NCBI RefSeq assembly: GCF_001194135.2
Contig: NC_068992.1
Location: forward strand, 47,864,166 to 47,928,165
DNA: 64,000 bases
Reading direction: 5' to 3'
Source: Octopus bimaculoides
Taxonomy: Eukaryota
Positions 25,059-39,594 of this stretch are shown one piece after another. Every line of letters starts with the position of its first letter. Within the stretch, counting starts at the first letter, position 1. A program made the position numbers and the translations under genes. The notes under the pieces are model-generated. The model was not told the DNA's origin and did not search any database. It saw only the letters and a list, made by a program, of their open reading frames with translations.

Positions 25059-26634
25059 ATAAACCAGGGCTGCTCTTTTGGGAGGGCACTGAAAAACTAC
25101 CATGTTTATGTAGTGTGACATGGTTGAATAAACAAATACAAGATATTCCCAGGGAGACTACAAACCAAGGAGGAAGCTTCTACATGGTCGCTAAACCTGC
25201 TACAAATAGCAGCTAAATCATCCTTAAACTGAACCCCACCATTGCATTTTACATTGTGGCTATCCTAATATAAGATATTAGGATAGCCACAATGGAAATG
25301 TAGTATTAGGTGGGATGGTCATGGCTGGAGTACTTTTAACGACAGAGCTGCTCGATCAGGATCAGCCTGATGTAAAACAACTGTAATAATAATAATACTA
25401 TAAATGGGGGAGGGAGTAAGTGGCATTGGTATGAGATGTTGAAGCATTCATGCATTTCTTTTGAGTACGAGTGATGGAAGTGAAGTCAATGGCTCCATCA
25501 ATTAAAAGAAACTCAAGTAACAAACTCACCTTGACTAAGTGTTTATCTCAATTTAACAGAACTCAACAGAACGGTAAATATCTCTCTCCTGCACACTCCA
25601 CACTTAATTCCCTTCCTTTAGAATCTCATTAACTACAAGGGACATACTCAGTGTCAGTGGGGAATCCTTATTTGAAAATATCTTCATATTATGTGCGTTT
25701 AATCAGCAATGTGTTCTCTCTTACATTAACTCGAGTTATATATCTCATTAAGTCAGAGATCAAAGGTGGTATAAATTTGGGAAATGATACATAAGGGAGA
25801 ATCTAGTTTAAACATATATTTACGCTATGAATTTGATACTTTTGAAATTCTTTCTCTTGGTTCCTGGCTTAAGTTAGATATGTTAGTTTAAGCTTCACTT
25901 AATTAACCGATATCAAACCTGTATTACATTGATAATGGAATTAACATATTTCGTCTGGCGTTTAATTGCAACAGCATCTCATTAATGCCTGTTGTGTAAC
26001 TGATTTTATACAAAAGCTGGACAGGCATTGCAAGAAGCTATTTCGGTGAGACAGAATTAAGAATCTTAAAATCAACATATTTATGCTCAATAAGCCCAGA
26101 CAACACCAACACATAGAGAGGGTGTCTAGTTATCCATTCATCACCTTCACACTGTGTCCATTCAGCCAACACCTATAACGTAATAAATTATATACTTCAG
26201 CACACATTATATAACGTAATTATTATGTGTGCGTATATAAACATCCTTTAATGTTGTTGTGAAAATTGTTTAAGGTTAAAATTCCAGCTATTGATTGAGA
26301 ACACATGACCAGGAACTGGACTATAAGGATTTCAAGCCTTATTAGACTCTCTTCAGATCATGTGTACCTGAGTGATAATATTCTCTCTGATATAGCCATA
26401 ATGCTTTATAAACACTACAGTAGTCAGTGTTAGTAAAAGATTTTAACCTTCCCTCTTGAGATGAGACTAAATCTCTCAGTCCAGCCTCCATAACATTGCA
26501 AACGAATGTGATGGTGCTTTAACAAACATCAGCCATTGTGAATTATATCTTTCACAATGCAGTGTATGGTGTAATATATAATGTGTAGATAAGTGTATTT
26601 GTATGTATGTATAAATTTGTACATGAAATTCAGT

Positions 26635-26676
<42 letters not shown>

Positions 26677-26706
26677 NNNNNNNNNNNNNNNNNNNNNNNN
26701 NNNNNN

Positions 26707-26760
<54 letters not shown>

Positions 26761-26878
26761 TTTCATGTTTGTATTAATTGGAGTCTTAGCTAGACTGTTT
26801 ACATATATATGATGCACATGAACATAGTGTCTGCTTAAACAGTGTACACGTACACACACACACACACACACGCACGCA

Positions 26879-26922
<44 letters not shown>

Positions 26923-27179
26923 AGCATGAGGATGCAGGATATCAGGCTTTACTACTACAATTAAAGCTGATATCCTCCATCGTCGTGTTATATTATTCTT
27001 ATATTCATCTTATTCTGCAGTAGGATATTTTCCAGGGCTGGATACACATGTGGAACTCCTCTATGCATAACACGTGGTAGCCAAATAATGACATAAAAGT
27101 TCTTAAATGCACAGTATGAAGATTTTACCCAAACTATACTAAACATATATATGTATATCCAGTTCACATGTAGCTCTAT

Positions 27180-27480
27180 CTCCCCAGTCAACATATACAC
27201 ACTGTGTCTATCTACCCTGTCAACTTCTACAAATTGTGACAATCCATCCAGTCAATATCTATGCACTGAGTTTGTCGATCCAGTCAACATCTATGCATTG
27301 TGACTGTCAATCCAGTCAACTTTTACATACTGTGTTATCCAGTCAACATCAACTCAGTGTGTCATCTTACCCTGTTAACATTATCTACACACTATGTCAT
27401 TCTATCCTGTCAATATTTCTACACACTGTGTTTCTCTATCCAGTCAACATTTACACACTTATCTATGCATACAGTAAATA
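27180..27480. repeat. Degenerate ~30-35 bp minisatellite
   Basis: Recurrent ATCCAGTCAACAT(C/T)TACACACTGTG core, about 9-10 units. Confidence 0.8.
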
Positions 27481-28085
27481 TATACAGTCTGTGAGTCGCA
27501 TAGGATGAAGAGAAAGTGGATGTGCTTCATCAGGTTTACTTAGCCATCAATAACACTATGTGTGTAGCTAGATTAGCTTCTACATGTATACTACATCACT
27601 AACCACTGTGTTTGTGTTTATGGGTATCTGTATGTATGTATATCACATTAGAAATTAACCATGAAGAGATTCACTTACTTGTATTATTCCAAATTTGGGA
27701 CTTACCTGCAAAGGAAAATAAAAAGAAACTTTAGTTATATTATTCTTGAGGATTAAAGAAATGTTGGAGAGATCTGCATTGATTAAACAAACAAAACTAC
27801 TGTATTAATTAATTGTATTAATTAATTTTTGAAAGTTGTTGTTGTTTAAACCAAGGTGATTCCTCATTCAACAGCTCAATGATTAAAGGGGTTCCAGCTA
27901 TGACCATCCTGCATTTTATTTCCAAACAAGCAGTGAATCTGGATGGTCAACTGGCAAAATTATTAAAGCATTAGTCAAATACAGCATGACATTTAATCCA
28001 GCTCATTGCCTTTGAGTTCAAATCCAACTAAAGTAAACTTCCCCTTTTATCCTTCTGGAAGAGGGCATGCAATATAATAAAAAAA

Positions 28086-28232
28086 AAGGGTGGCAAGCTG
28101 ACAGAATCATTAGCATACCGGGCGAAATGCCTAGCAGTATTTTGTCTGCTGTTATGTTCTGAGTTCAAATTCCGCCAAGGTCAGCTTTGCATTTCAACTT
28201 TTCGGGATCACTTAAATAAGTACCAGTGGTGG
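28086..28232 (+). mobile_element. SINE family B
   Basis: GAGTTCAAATTCCGCCAAGGTCAGCTTTGC..AAGTACCAGT. Confidence 0.8.
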
Positions 28233-28290
28233 TGGACAAACATAGACACAAATATAACCACACACACATACACATATACACACATACACA

Positions 28291-28329
<39 letters not shown>

Positions 28330-28347
<18 letters not shown>

Positions 28348-28508
28348 ATATGACAGGCTTCTTTTCATTTTCTGTCCACCAAATTCATTCACAAGGATTT
28401 GATCAGCCCGAGGCTATAGTAGAAGACACATGCCCAAGGTGCCATGCACTAGGACTGAACATAGACCCATGGGGCTTGGAATCAAGTTTCTTACCACATA
28501 GCTATGCC
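28330..28508 (-). mobile_element. SINE family A, 5' half
   Basis: CCCGAGGCTATAGTAGAAGACACATGCCCAAGGTGCC. Confidence 0.75.
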
Positions 28509-30715
28509 TATGATGAAGAATAAATTTTACAACCATGGTAAGAATATATTTAACAAAAAAAAAAAACGATATTTAACAAAAACACTTTATTTAGTCCAGT
28601 ATATTAATTCTGGCACCACCATTCCACTACTAGTCATGAGGTGCCAGAAAGATTAACAGACTTAAAAGCACAGAGAGCTTTTGACAATTCTAGTTTCAAA
28701 TTTGAAAGAACACTTGAGGAAGAAATAAAGCAGAAAAGCTGTCATCACTTTTAATGAAAACCAACTGTAGTTTCCGAATAAACCAGGCAGAATATGAAAT
28801 ACGCAATAATATAAATATCATCACAAGGTTTTTTTTCATAACTCACACTTAGCAAGGAGACCTAGCACTGGACAGCTGAATGGGTGAGCAGCTGGAAGTC
28901 TAAGAGAGGCTGTATAGTTGAGGTGGGCACCCGCCTTGCTTCAGTGTAAAGTTTGTTTTATAACTTCCCTCTTTAACTCACCATTAACTTGTTTATCAGC
29001 ATTTGTCAGCTCTCATTACAAAATTCGAGCTTTATCTCAACTGAATTCTACTCTAGTTACAAGTGAAGTATATGAACAATATCAGTGTGCATGCATGTAC
29101 GTGTGTGTGTGTGTATATATATCTGTTCATGTGTCTGTAGATGTATGTTAATTCATGTGTGTGTGTGTGTATGCGCAAATATTTACATGTGTGTGTGGAT
29201 ATATATTCTGTGAGTACGAGAATGCATTTTTCTAAAAGTTAAGGGTTGGGGTAGAATTGTTAAGCTATCATAGCTTCTTCTTTCCAATTATCACCACCAC
29301 CACACTACCACCATCACCACCACAAAAACAACATCTTGTCTAAAACGTTAAGTATATTTTATTCGAGATGAGCAAAGCTTCCGCAATCTCATAATGTAAC
29401 ATACATTCCCCAACATTTATTCGTTGTTATGTTTTTACATGCGCATACTGCAAAACACAGACACCTACTCATAAACATTCACATGTGTGCGTGTATATTT
29501 ATATATACATATGTACGTATTTACCTACATATATATATATATANNNNNNNNNNNNNNNNNNNNNNNNNNNNNNNNNNNNNNNNNNNNNNNNNNNNNNNNN
29601 NNNNNNNNNNNNNNNNNNNNNNNNNNNNNNNNNNNNNNNNNNNNNNNNNNNNNNNNNNNNNNNNNNNNNNNNNNNNNNNNNNNNNNNNNNNNNNNNNNNN
29701 NNNNNNNNNNNNNNNNNNNNNNNNNNNNNNNNNNNNNNNNNNNNNNNNNNNNNNNNNNNNNNNNNNNNNNNNNNNNNNNNNNNNNNNNNNNNNNNNNNNN
29801 NNNNNNNNNNNNNNNNNNNNNNNNNNNNNNNNNNNNNNNNNNNNNNNNNNNNNNNNNNNNNNNNNNNNNNNNATATATATATATATATATATAGTATGTA
29901 TACATATATGCAAGTATGTGTGTATGTATGTCTGTATATATGTAAATGCATACATATATATACACACTGTTTCTCACTCATCTCTTGACACACATTCACC
30001 TACACAGATGCACACTTGAATATTTGAGTGTGTATGTGGAGAAATATATTTAAATGAATATAAAAATGTGTGTTTGTGTATGTGTGCATGTACACACACA
30101 CACACATATATATATATATTATGTCTACACAAATATACATACATACATATGTAAGTATGTATGTTTAAATTTAATATGTGTTTACCCATGCAGTAATGAG
30201 TTAAAGAGGTTTTCTACACAACATATCACCACATATCTTGATCTTGTATCATCTCATCTGTAAAGACCATTCACACATTCCTATAAAGTGAGATTGGCTC
30301 AGTGGGTAAGGTACTGGTCTACCTACCTAGACAACATGAGTTCAAGTGTGTTACAGGTACTACAATTTCTGAAGGGAATATTCTATTTGGTCCACCAAAT
30401 TCCTTAGTAATAGACAGTAAAACTTGTGATGAAAATTGTTCCATCCATTGGCCCCTAATCTTTTCTTTCCAGTATAGTGGATCTACAAATACATTATGCT
30501 TCATGTACATTCCTTTTTAAGAGGGTAGGGTGTGAATTGATTGCTATTTCTAGCATGTCAAACAACCACAAAGAGGCTCTCTCAGAGAGGTTGGTGAGTA
30601 AATAAACAGACTGTAGCAATTGTCTAAATGTAACATATACGGTTGTATGTATGTATATACACACATACATATAAATCTATGCACATGTATGTACGTATGT
30701 GTATGTTTGCTGTAT

Positions 30716-31104
30716 ACTCTTTTACTCTTTTACTTGTTTCAGTTATTTGACTGTGACCATGCTGGAGTACCACCTTTAGTCAAGCAAATCGACCCCAGGA
30801 CTTATTCTTTGTAAGCCTAGTACTTATTCTATCGGTCTCTTTTGAAGGAACCGCTAAGTTACGGGAACATAAACACACCACTATCGGTTGTCAAGTGATG
30901 TTGGGGGGACAAACACAGACACACAAACATACATATACATATATACGACGGGCTTCTTTCAGTTTCCGTCTACCAAATCCACTCACAAGGCTTTGGTCGG
31001 CCCGAGGCTATAGTAGAAGACACTTTGCCCAAGGTGCCACACTGTGGGACTGAACCCAGAACCATGTGGTTAGTAAGTAAGCTCCTTACCACACAGTCAC
31101 TCCT
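30716..31104 (-). mobile_element. SINE family A, full length
   Basis: Highly similar to 11886-12312. Confidence 0.9.
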
Positions 31105-32149
31105 GTAGTACCTGTAACATATTTGTATATATATATATATATATATNNNNNNNNNNNNNNNNNNNNNNNNNNNNNNNNNNNNNNNNNNNNNNNNNNNNNN
31201 NNNNNNNNNNNNNNNNNNNNNNNNNNNNNNNNNNNNNNNNNNNNNNNNNNNNNNNNNNNNNNNNNNNNNNNNNNNNNNNNNNNNNNNNNNNNNNNNNNNN
31301 NNNNNNNNNNNNNNNNNNNNNNNNNNNNNNNNNNNNNNNNNNNNNNNNNNNNNNNNNNNNNNNNNNNNNNNNNNNNNNNNNNNNNNNNNNNNNNNNNNNN
31401 NNNNNNNNNNNNNNNNNNNNNNNNNNNNNNNNNNNNNNNNNNNNNNNNNNNNNNNNNNNNNNNNNNNNNNNNNNNNNNNNNNNNNNNNNNNNNNNNNNNN
31501 NNNNNNNNNNNNNNNNNNNNNNNNNNNNNNNNNNNNNNNNNNNNNNNNNNNNNNNNNNNNNNNNNNNNNNNNNNNNNNNNNNNNNNNNNNNNNNNNNNNN
31601 NNNNNNNNNNNNNNNNNNNNNNNNNNNNNNNNNNNNNNNNNNNNNNNNNNNNNNNNNNNNNNNNNNNNNNNNNNNNNNNNNNNNNNNNNNNNNNNNNNNN
31701 NNNNNNNNNNNNNNNNNNNNNNNNNNNNNNNNNNNNNNNNNNNNNNNNNNNNNNNNNNNNNNNNNNNNNNNNNNNNNNNNNNNNNNNNNNNNNNNNNNNN
31801 NNNNNNNNNNNNNNNNNNNNNNNNNNNNNNNNNNNNNNNNNNNNNNNNNNNNNNNNNNNNNNNNNNNNNNNNNNNNNNNNNNNNNNNNNNNNNNNNNNNN
31901 NNNNNNNNNNNNNNNNNNNNNNNNNNNNNNNNNNNNNNNNNNNNNNNNNNNNNNNNNNNNNNNNNNNNNNNNNNNNNNNNNNNNNNNNNNNNNNNNNNNN
32001 ATTCAATTACACAGGAAGGTATAGGAAAAACTGAAGACAAAAAGATGAGAGAAGAATTTACAAGATTTGATATCAGAATAGTGGACCTTTCAGCTTACAT
32101 AGGAAAGATAGGAGAGTGATCCAGAGACAAGAGCAACAGAGGTGTGAGC

Positions 32150-32620
32150 AATAGAGGCATGAGTGATAGAGGTATGAGTGATAGAAAGTCATGAGTCATA
32201 GAGACACAAGTGATAAACAGGCATGACTTACACATACAGGCATGACTGACAGAGACAGACATGACTGACACAGACAGACAGGCACAACAGACATGATTGA
32301 GACAGGCAAGTACAGCTGAGACTGACAGGCATGAGTGAGATGGACAGCCATAAGTAATAGACAAGCATGAATAGTAAAGGTATGTGTGATAATGGCTTGA
32401 GTAATTAATAAGCATGACTGATAAAAGCAATAGAGATGGTTGTGAAAGAGGTGTAAGTAAAAGGGCAATAAGTGATAGGGAGAGGAGTGAAGGAGGCAGA
32501 AGAAATAGTGATTTGTGTAATAGGGGGCATGAATGGTAGAGATAAGAGGGATGCAGGAAAGAGAGATGACTAATGACAGAAGGCATCGTGACCTAGCAGA
32601 CAAAGTGATGACAGAGGAAG
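32150..32620. repeat. Degenerate minisatellite with GCATGA core
   Basis: Repeated GGCATGA(G/C)TGA(T/C)AGA units. Confidence 0.7.
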
Positions 32621-32672
32621 AACCAGGAGGTGATGATGTGTGTGATTGCATGGCAAAAAGAGAGAGAGAGAG

Positions 32673-32735
<63 letters not shown>

Positions 32736-32829
32736 ACACACACATGCATGTGTTTGTCTAAGTGATTTCTAATGAGATGTAGAAACACAAAACTTGTCAG
32801 ATGCTCAGTGTGAAAATATAACGAACTGA

Positions 32830-33615
32830 ATAAACCACTGGAAATTGTTACGGTGGTTTATCAACAGTTAAGATTTTCACAGAGACATTACATTAGATAC
32901 GTTTGCGAACCATATACTGTATATGATTTCCTAACCCTACTGTGTTAATACATCTGTGTGTNNNNNNNNNNNNNNNNNNNNNNNNNNNNNNNNNNNNNNN
33001 NNNNNNNNNNNNNNNNNNNNNNNNNNNNNNNNNNNNNNNNNNNNNNNNNNNNNNNNNNNNNNNNNNNNNNNNNNNNNNNNNNNNNNNNNNNNNNNNNNNN
33101 NNNNNNNNNNNNNNNNNNNNNNNNNNNNNNNNNNNNNNNNNNNNNNNNNNNNNNNNAATATATCCATTTGACATAGAAGATATCCCTGATAACATATGGC
33201 AACATACTTTGCAGAAAATTGGACTAATTTTAAGAGAAAATATTTCAACATAAAACAATTATCGACCCATGACTTCGCCAAACATGAATAACTAAAAACA
33301 TCAGTACCAAAAATTTTTTTTTAAATGCATTCATTCTGCAAGATCTTAGAAATTTTTAACAGGCATGTCCAGATCGGTTTCTTCAAGGAAAACGTTAAAA
33401 AATTAAATTGCAGTCAAAAAGCAACCTTCCAGGTCATTAAACAAGCAATTTACGTTTACAAAGAAGATATTTGTGATGAGAATCTACCAAGAGCTTAAGA
33501 ACTTTTTCATTGATAAGCCTGGTGGATCAAAGAAATCTGTTCTGTACAGTATGATTCTATCAGATTCTACAAACAAGACAGCTAGATGAGACAATAGCAA
33601 CTGCCTTGTCCTGTT
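32830..33615 (+). mobile_element. Helitron Rep/Hel (Pif1-like helicase) relic, interrupted by a gap
   Basis: QQLR..YVCEP; KKLNCSQKATFQVIKQAIY (33397-33453); FFIDKPGGSKKSVLY (33503-33547) resembles FFIDGPGGTGKTFLY; then ETIATALS. Confidence 0.7.
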
Positions 33616-34628
33616 GCCACATATAACAAAACACGTAAGTGGAAATTTCTTTGATATCATTTATTCTCCATTACATGTGTTTCATTTACTAATAAGAACT
33701 ACTGAATTTTATATGTTAAATAAACATGCAAGAAATTTCCTATTAGAAAATTTTCAGGCAAAGAAAAAAAAGTATATTATATACATAATAGATAATACCA
33801 AAAATTTTCCACTTTCATGTTTTGTTATACAAATAACACTGCAAATAATATTTCCATAATTCTCGGTTTTAATATGTATTTAGACTAACATACAGCAGCA
33901 ACTGTGACCACATATTGGATTGTAGTAATGAAATAAGCAGACGCACTTCAAGGGAAAACAGCTGGGATTTACCCTAACTACCTGTGTTACACACACACAC
34001 ACAAACACCTATATATATTCTTTTACTCTTTTACTCGTTTCAGCCATGTGGCTGTGGTCATGTGATATATACATTTATATATGAAGTACTTACACAAGGC
34101 CCCTCAGTGATGACGTCATATCACTCCCTCAATCTTAACTATCACCAATCACAAGTACTATCCATCATTCTCTGTCTCATTCATTATTCCTCTATCAGTC
34201 ATTGTTGACACACATCTCTCTCTCTCTCTCTCTTTCTCTTCTGTTACACTCCCACTTTCTGGGACTGTATCAGTTTAGATCAACAAAACTTCAGTGCCTT
34301 ACCAAAAAACTTAAGAGCAGAGAGAGAGGACTTATAGAAAAATCATTCAATCTGAGACTTCAGACAAAACTATGTCACAGCTAGAAATGCATGTGAAAAC
34401 AGAGGTCTTAAGACTCTTCATTCATCAGAGACCAACTACAAAGAGAGGATAGTGGAAATGTAAGGGATAACAATGGCAATGCACCAGCTAGCATGGCAGC
34501 CAATAAGCTGAAGCAAGCAAAACACTAAAACCCACACACACCTATGTATATGTATATCATCATCATCATCATCATCGTTGTTTAACGTCCGCTTTCCATG
34601 CTAGCATGGGTTGGACGATTTGACTATA

Positions 34629-34699
<71 letters not shown>

Positions 34700-34815
34700 A
34701 TAATACATACACATCTGTACATGCACATCCATAGCTGTGAATGGGTATGAGTGTGCATATATGCATATATATATATAAACATGTATATATACAGACATAG
34801 CTCTATCTATACACG

Positions 34816-34849
<34 letters not shown>

Positions 34850-35323
34850 TATATATATATATATATACATATGTATATATATATATATATATGCATATAT
34901 ACACACATAGCATAAAACACACAAAATAACACAGAGTGTTTGTAATTGTGCATGTCACAGAGGACAGTATGTTATTCAAAAGAAAATTAATGTAAACAAA
35001 ATATGAAATATATAATTTCACTTAAATAATTCTATTTAAATTGAATTAATCCTTCGAACATACATCGTTCTCAAAGATTTACATCTTATCTTCATTCCTG
35101 TGTTCTTGTACTTAGGAAACCCTTATCGGATTCCAATTCCAAAGGATTTAGCAAATATGTAAAAATAATTTTCTCCACCTCCTTTACCATCTTTCTATTT
35201 TTCTCAATGATTTTCTCTCTTTCACTTGCCTCTTACTATATATGTGTATGTCTGCACATATGTACACACACACACACACATGCATATATATGTGTATTAT
35301 ATATACATATGTATATATATGCA

Positions 35324-35326
<3 letters not shown>

Positions 35327-35405
<79 letters not shown>
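35327..35405. repeat. (TA)n microsatellite
   Basis: Long pure array; another at about 61317-61389. Confidence 0.95.
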
Positions 35406-35414
<9 letters not shown>

Positions 35415-35890
35415 GTACATATATATTTATGTGTGTGTGTGTGTGTGTGTGCGTGTACATATATGTTCATATGTATATACATATAGATACACACATATAT
35501 TCATATATATGAGTACATCTTATTGTACACGTGCAACCTTATAGATATGATTGAATGTGCTCATACACACAGAAAGAGTCTATTCACACACACCTACACA
35601 TATATGTGTATATAAACATATCGATATCAATGAGTGTGTATACATATATACATGTACATTATGTTTGTGTGTATGTATGTATGTATGTATGTATGTATGT
35701 GTGTGTGTGTGTATGTATGTATACTCATTACATACGCACAAATGTGCTAGAATAAACAATTTTCAAAAGAAATCAGAAAGAGAAATTAGTCAGTGTACAT
35801 CTTCATTGAACTCGTGTAAAATTATATTAATATTTATGAAGATAATGATAAATATTTATATACACCCTACTCCTTTACAGATAAACATAT

Positions 35891-35961
<71 letters not shown>

Positions 35962-36589
35962 TTCTTGTACATATGTTTGTGTATTCATATACACACACAT
36001 AACATACATTATATACATGCATGCATTCAAATACACTTATTGATATATTACAGAATGAAATTCTAGGCTTTCCTATCAACACTGATATCAGATGAATGAG
36101 CATTGGAGATCGTTGCAGTTTTTGACTGGAATCATTCCTCGTTGGCCTGCTGGGTAAAATGCTTAGTAGCATTTTGTCCATGCTTATGTTCTGAGTTCAA
36201 ATTCATTTTCAGATTGTGTTTTTAATTCCCACATCAGTGGTATGTTTTATTCTTGACAAAAATTCTTCATCTCATGTTACTCCAGTTTACTAAGCTGTAA
36301 CTGGGTAATCCTGCAACAGACTGGCATTCCATTCAGGTCGTCTGTTGTGATCTCAGTCACTTATTCACCATGGAAACAAGGTAACTGTTCCTATGAGTTT
36401 GAAGATACAAGACACTAATGTTCAAGGGTTACTTTAATATGGATCATAATGAGAGATATTAGACACAATGCAGAGCCATGGAAATATAGGAATAACCTAT
36501 GACCAGTGGTACTAGCAGCTGATTTTTTATATGAAATGTTCACTCTGTTTATCCATCTGTGTGTATACTTATTATTGATAAGGAAGTTA

Positions 36590-36800
36590 AAGTGGGGAAT
36601 TGGCAGAATCCTTAGCACACTGGACAAAATGCTTTGCAGTATTTCATTTGTCTTTACATTCTGAATTCAAATTCCATCAAGGCTGACTTTGCCTTTCATC
36701 CTTTTAGGATGGATAAAATAAGTACATGTGCAGGGGTGAATGTATTTGACTAGCCCTATCCCCAAAATTTCAAGCCTTGTGCCTATTGTAGAAAAGATTA
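36590..36800 (+). mobile_element. SINE family B
   Basis: Same head and tail (GCCTTGTGCC..GAAAAGATTATT). Confidence 0.8.
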
Positions 36801-37797
36801 TTGACAAGGAAGATTCAGTTTTGGGATTAATTTCTAGCCTTTTTATGGCAATAATATGTTACTTGTTTAAATTTTACACTCATGCACATACATTTATAAG
36901 CACATCTATGTGAATGTATGTGTATATGTCCATGTATGAGTATCAAGCACTAACTGTAAACAAATGTCACAATCATATGAGTGGTGCCAATCATTTGCAA
37001 TCTTTCATGAAAACTTGTCAGGTCATTATGATGTTCATGTTCAAAGAATTTAGAGAAATATTACCTAGCTTGGAAGTAGATGAGGGTTAGCAAAAAGAAG
37101 AGCAACCGGCTATAGAAAACTTGCCTCAATGAATTGTCTGCCCCAAGCAAGCATGAAAAAGCTGCTTTTGGTGTTAGTGTCATTGCAGTTTTTGTAGTTG
37201 TTGTTGCTGTTGTTGTTGTTATAGCTACTCTCACTTATTCTTATTACTGTCATCAGTCTAATGATGATGATGATGAAGGACAATGATGATGATGACAATG
37301 ACAATGATTATGATGATGATGATGATAACAATGGTGACTACTACTGTTGTCAACAATGTTGATGATCGTGATGAACAATAGATATTACATTCATGTGCAA
37401 TCATTACTCTATATAGTATCATGACTGAGAAACAGAGAAGTAGCTTTAGTCTTTAGTCAAAACACTTAGTACTGATACTCTATGCAGGAGAAAAGTAAAA
37501 AAAAAGAGAAAAATGATAACATCCATCATTGAAGCACACAATCAACAAATATAGAATGAATGCATGACTAACATGGGAAGTTTTAGGGCAATTATTATAG
37601 ACAAGATATTAATTTCAGGGATTTCAGGTGCTGAAACAAATGTCTACATTTACAGACCTACTCAACTCACACCATCTCAAGGGGAAAAAAAATCATAAAT
37701 AGATAAATAAAGGCATAAAGGAATAAATAATTAGAGAGTTGACAGAAAATGGAAGACACATAATATAATTGTCTCTCACGAGTCTCAACAGAAATGC

Positions 37798-37841
<44 letters not shown>

Positions 37842-38786
37842 TAATAATAATAATAATAATAATAATGAGTGTGTGAGTGTGTAAAGAATAAAAACCTATA
37901 GTAATGACAACTGAAGAAACAATATCGTGATTAGCTAAATATGAATCTTTTTCTAAGATGTAATCAACCATAATTTCTTTGCTTTCATCTCTTTGATGTC
38001 ATCTAGTTTTTACTCCTCCCCTTCCTTCTTGCCTTCTTTTATTCTCACAAACCCCCTTTTTCTCTTTTCTCTTTGTGTTTACTCTCTCACTTTCTCCCCC
38101 CCCTCTCTCTCTCTCTCTCTCACACTTTTTCTCTCCCCCTTCTTTTTCTTCAGGACACTTTGCTTCTTTTCTGCAATTGTTGATTTAGAAAATAAAGGTG
38201 TCCTCATTGTTGCTATTGTTGTCGTAATTTTTGTTGTTGTTGTTAATCTTTTTCCTATTATTGTTTTATAGTTATCATTGATATAATTGTTACTGTTGCT
38301 GTTCCTGCTGTTGCTCTTACTGATGTGATTGTTGTTGTTGTTGTTGTTGTTGCTGTTGATACTGTTGTTCTTGTTGCTTTATTGTTGCTATGGTTCTAGT
38401 CACTGTTGTTACAATAATTGATGTTGTTGTTGTTGCTGTTGATGTTTTAACAACGTACTTCCTCTCGCTTTGATTTAGCTTTACTATTTTTATTGTTATT
38501 GTTGCAGCAACAGCAACAACAGCAGTAGTAGTAGCAATGGTGGCAAAACTGCAGTCATTGTTGATGTTCTTGTCATTGTTGTAGTAATACTTTTGGTGCT
38601 AGTGTCATTGCAGTTTTTGTGGTTGTTATTGTTGTTGTTGTAACTACTCTTACTTATTCTTATCAGTCATCAATCTCACTCGCTGCGTAGTACATTATTT
38701 ATTTATTCATTTATTTATTTGTATTTATATTTATAGAGTTCAGTCATTCTTTCTCTCTTTCTTCCACTTCCTTCCCCCTTCTATTG

Positions 38787-38820
<34 letters not shown>

Positions 38821-39091
38821 ATCTATCAATCTAGCTTACTCTCTCCCTCTCACCCTTTCACTCCGTCCTACTTTCACTTTCTTTCCAGTTGAATAACAAA
38901 AGAATCCTCATTTGGGTAGATTCCATAATTTTTCTTAATTGTCTTTGATTGAACACTTCCAGACTGTCTGAGTTTCCAAACTAAAACGGATTGTCATGTC
39001 TTTTTACAGTAGATACACTTCCCATTTCTCTCCCCTCTCTTTCTCACCATCATTGTCTTTCCTCTTACCTCCATTACATATGTGTGTATGC

Positions 39092-39122
<31 letters not shown>

Positions 39123-39376
39123 TACATACACACACACACACACACATATTAATACATACATAGGTATATACCAACATGAGTATGTTTCTGTGTATATCTG
39201 TGTGCATATGTGTTCAAACCTCACACACATATATATATTTATATACACATATATATATATAATTATCATATATTGTTAGAAACAGAAGTTTCCTGAATCA
39301 TAACTCTGAGTATTATGTTGCTAATTACTTAAATATTTCGAGAAGAGAGGCAACATCACAATAATTAACCCTTTTA

Positions 39377-39590
39377 AGGAGGTGAGCTCGCAGAAATGTT
39401 AGCACACCAGATGAAATGCTTAGTGGTATTTCATTTGTCTTCACGTTCTGAGTTCAAATTCCGCCAAGGTCGACTTTGCCTTTCATCTTTTCGGGGTCGA
39501 TAAATTAAGTACCAGTTGTATATTGGAATCGATCTAGTCAAGTGGCCCTCTCTCCAAAAACTTCGGGCCTTGTAGAGTAGAAAAGAATAT
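39377..39590 (+). mobile_element. tRNA-head SINE family B
   Basis: GGTGAGCTCGCAGAAATGTTAGCA..GAGTTCAAATTCCGCCAAGGTCGACTTTGCCTTTCATC; about 11 related copies. Confidence 0.85.
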
Positions 39591-39594
39591 TTAA

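Noticed and set aside
25470-25600. Strong minus-strand donor GGTGAGT
   Set aside because: All three frames upstream of it contain stops; no coding exon supported.
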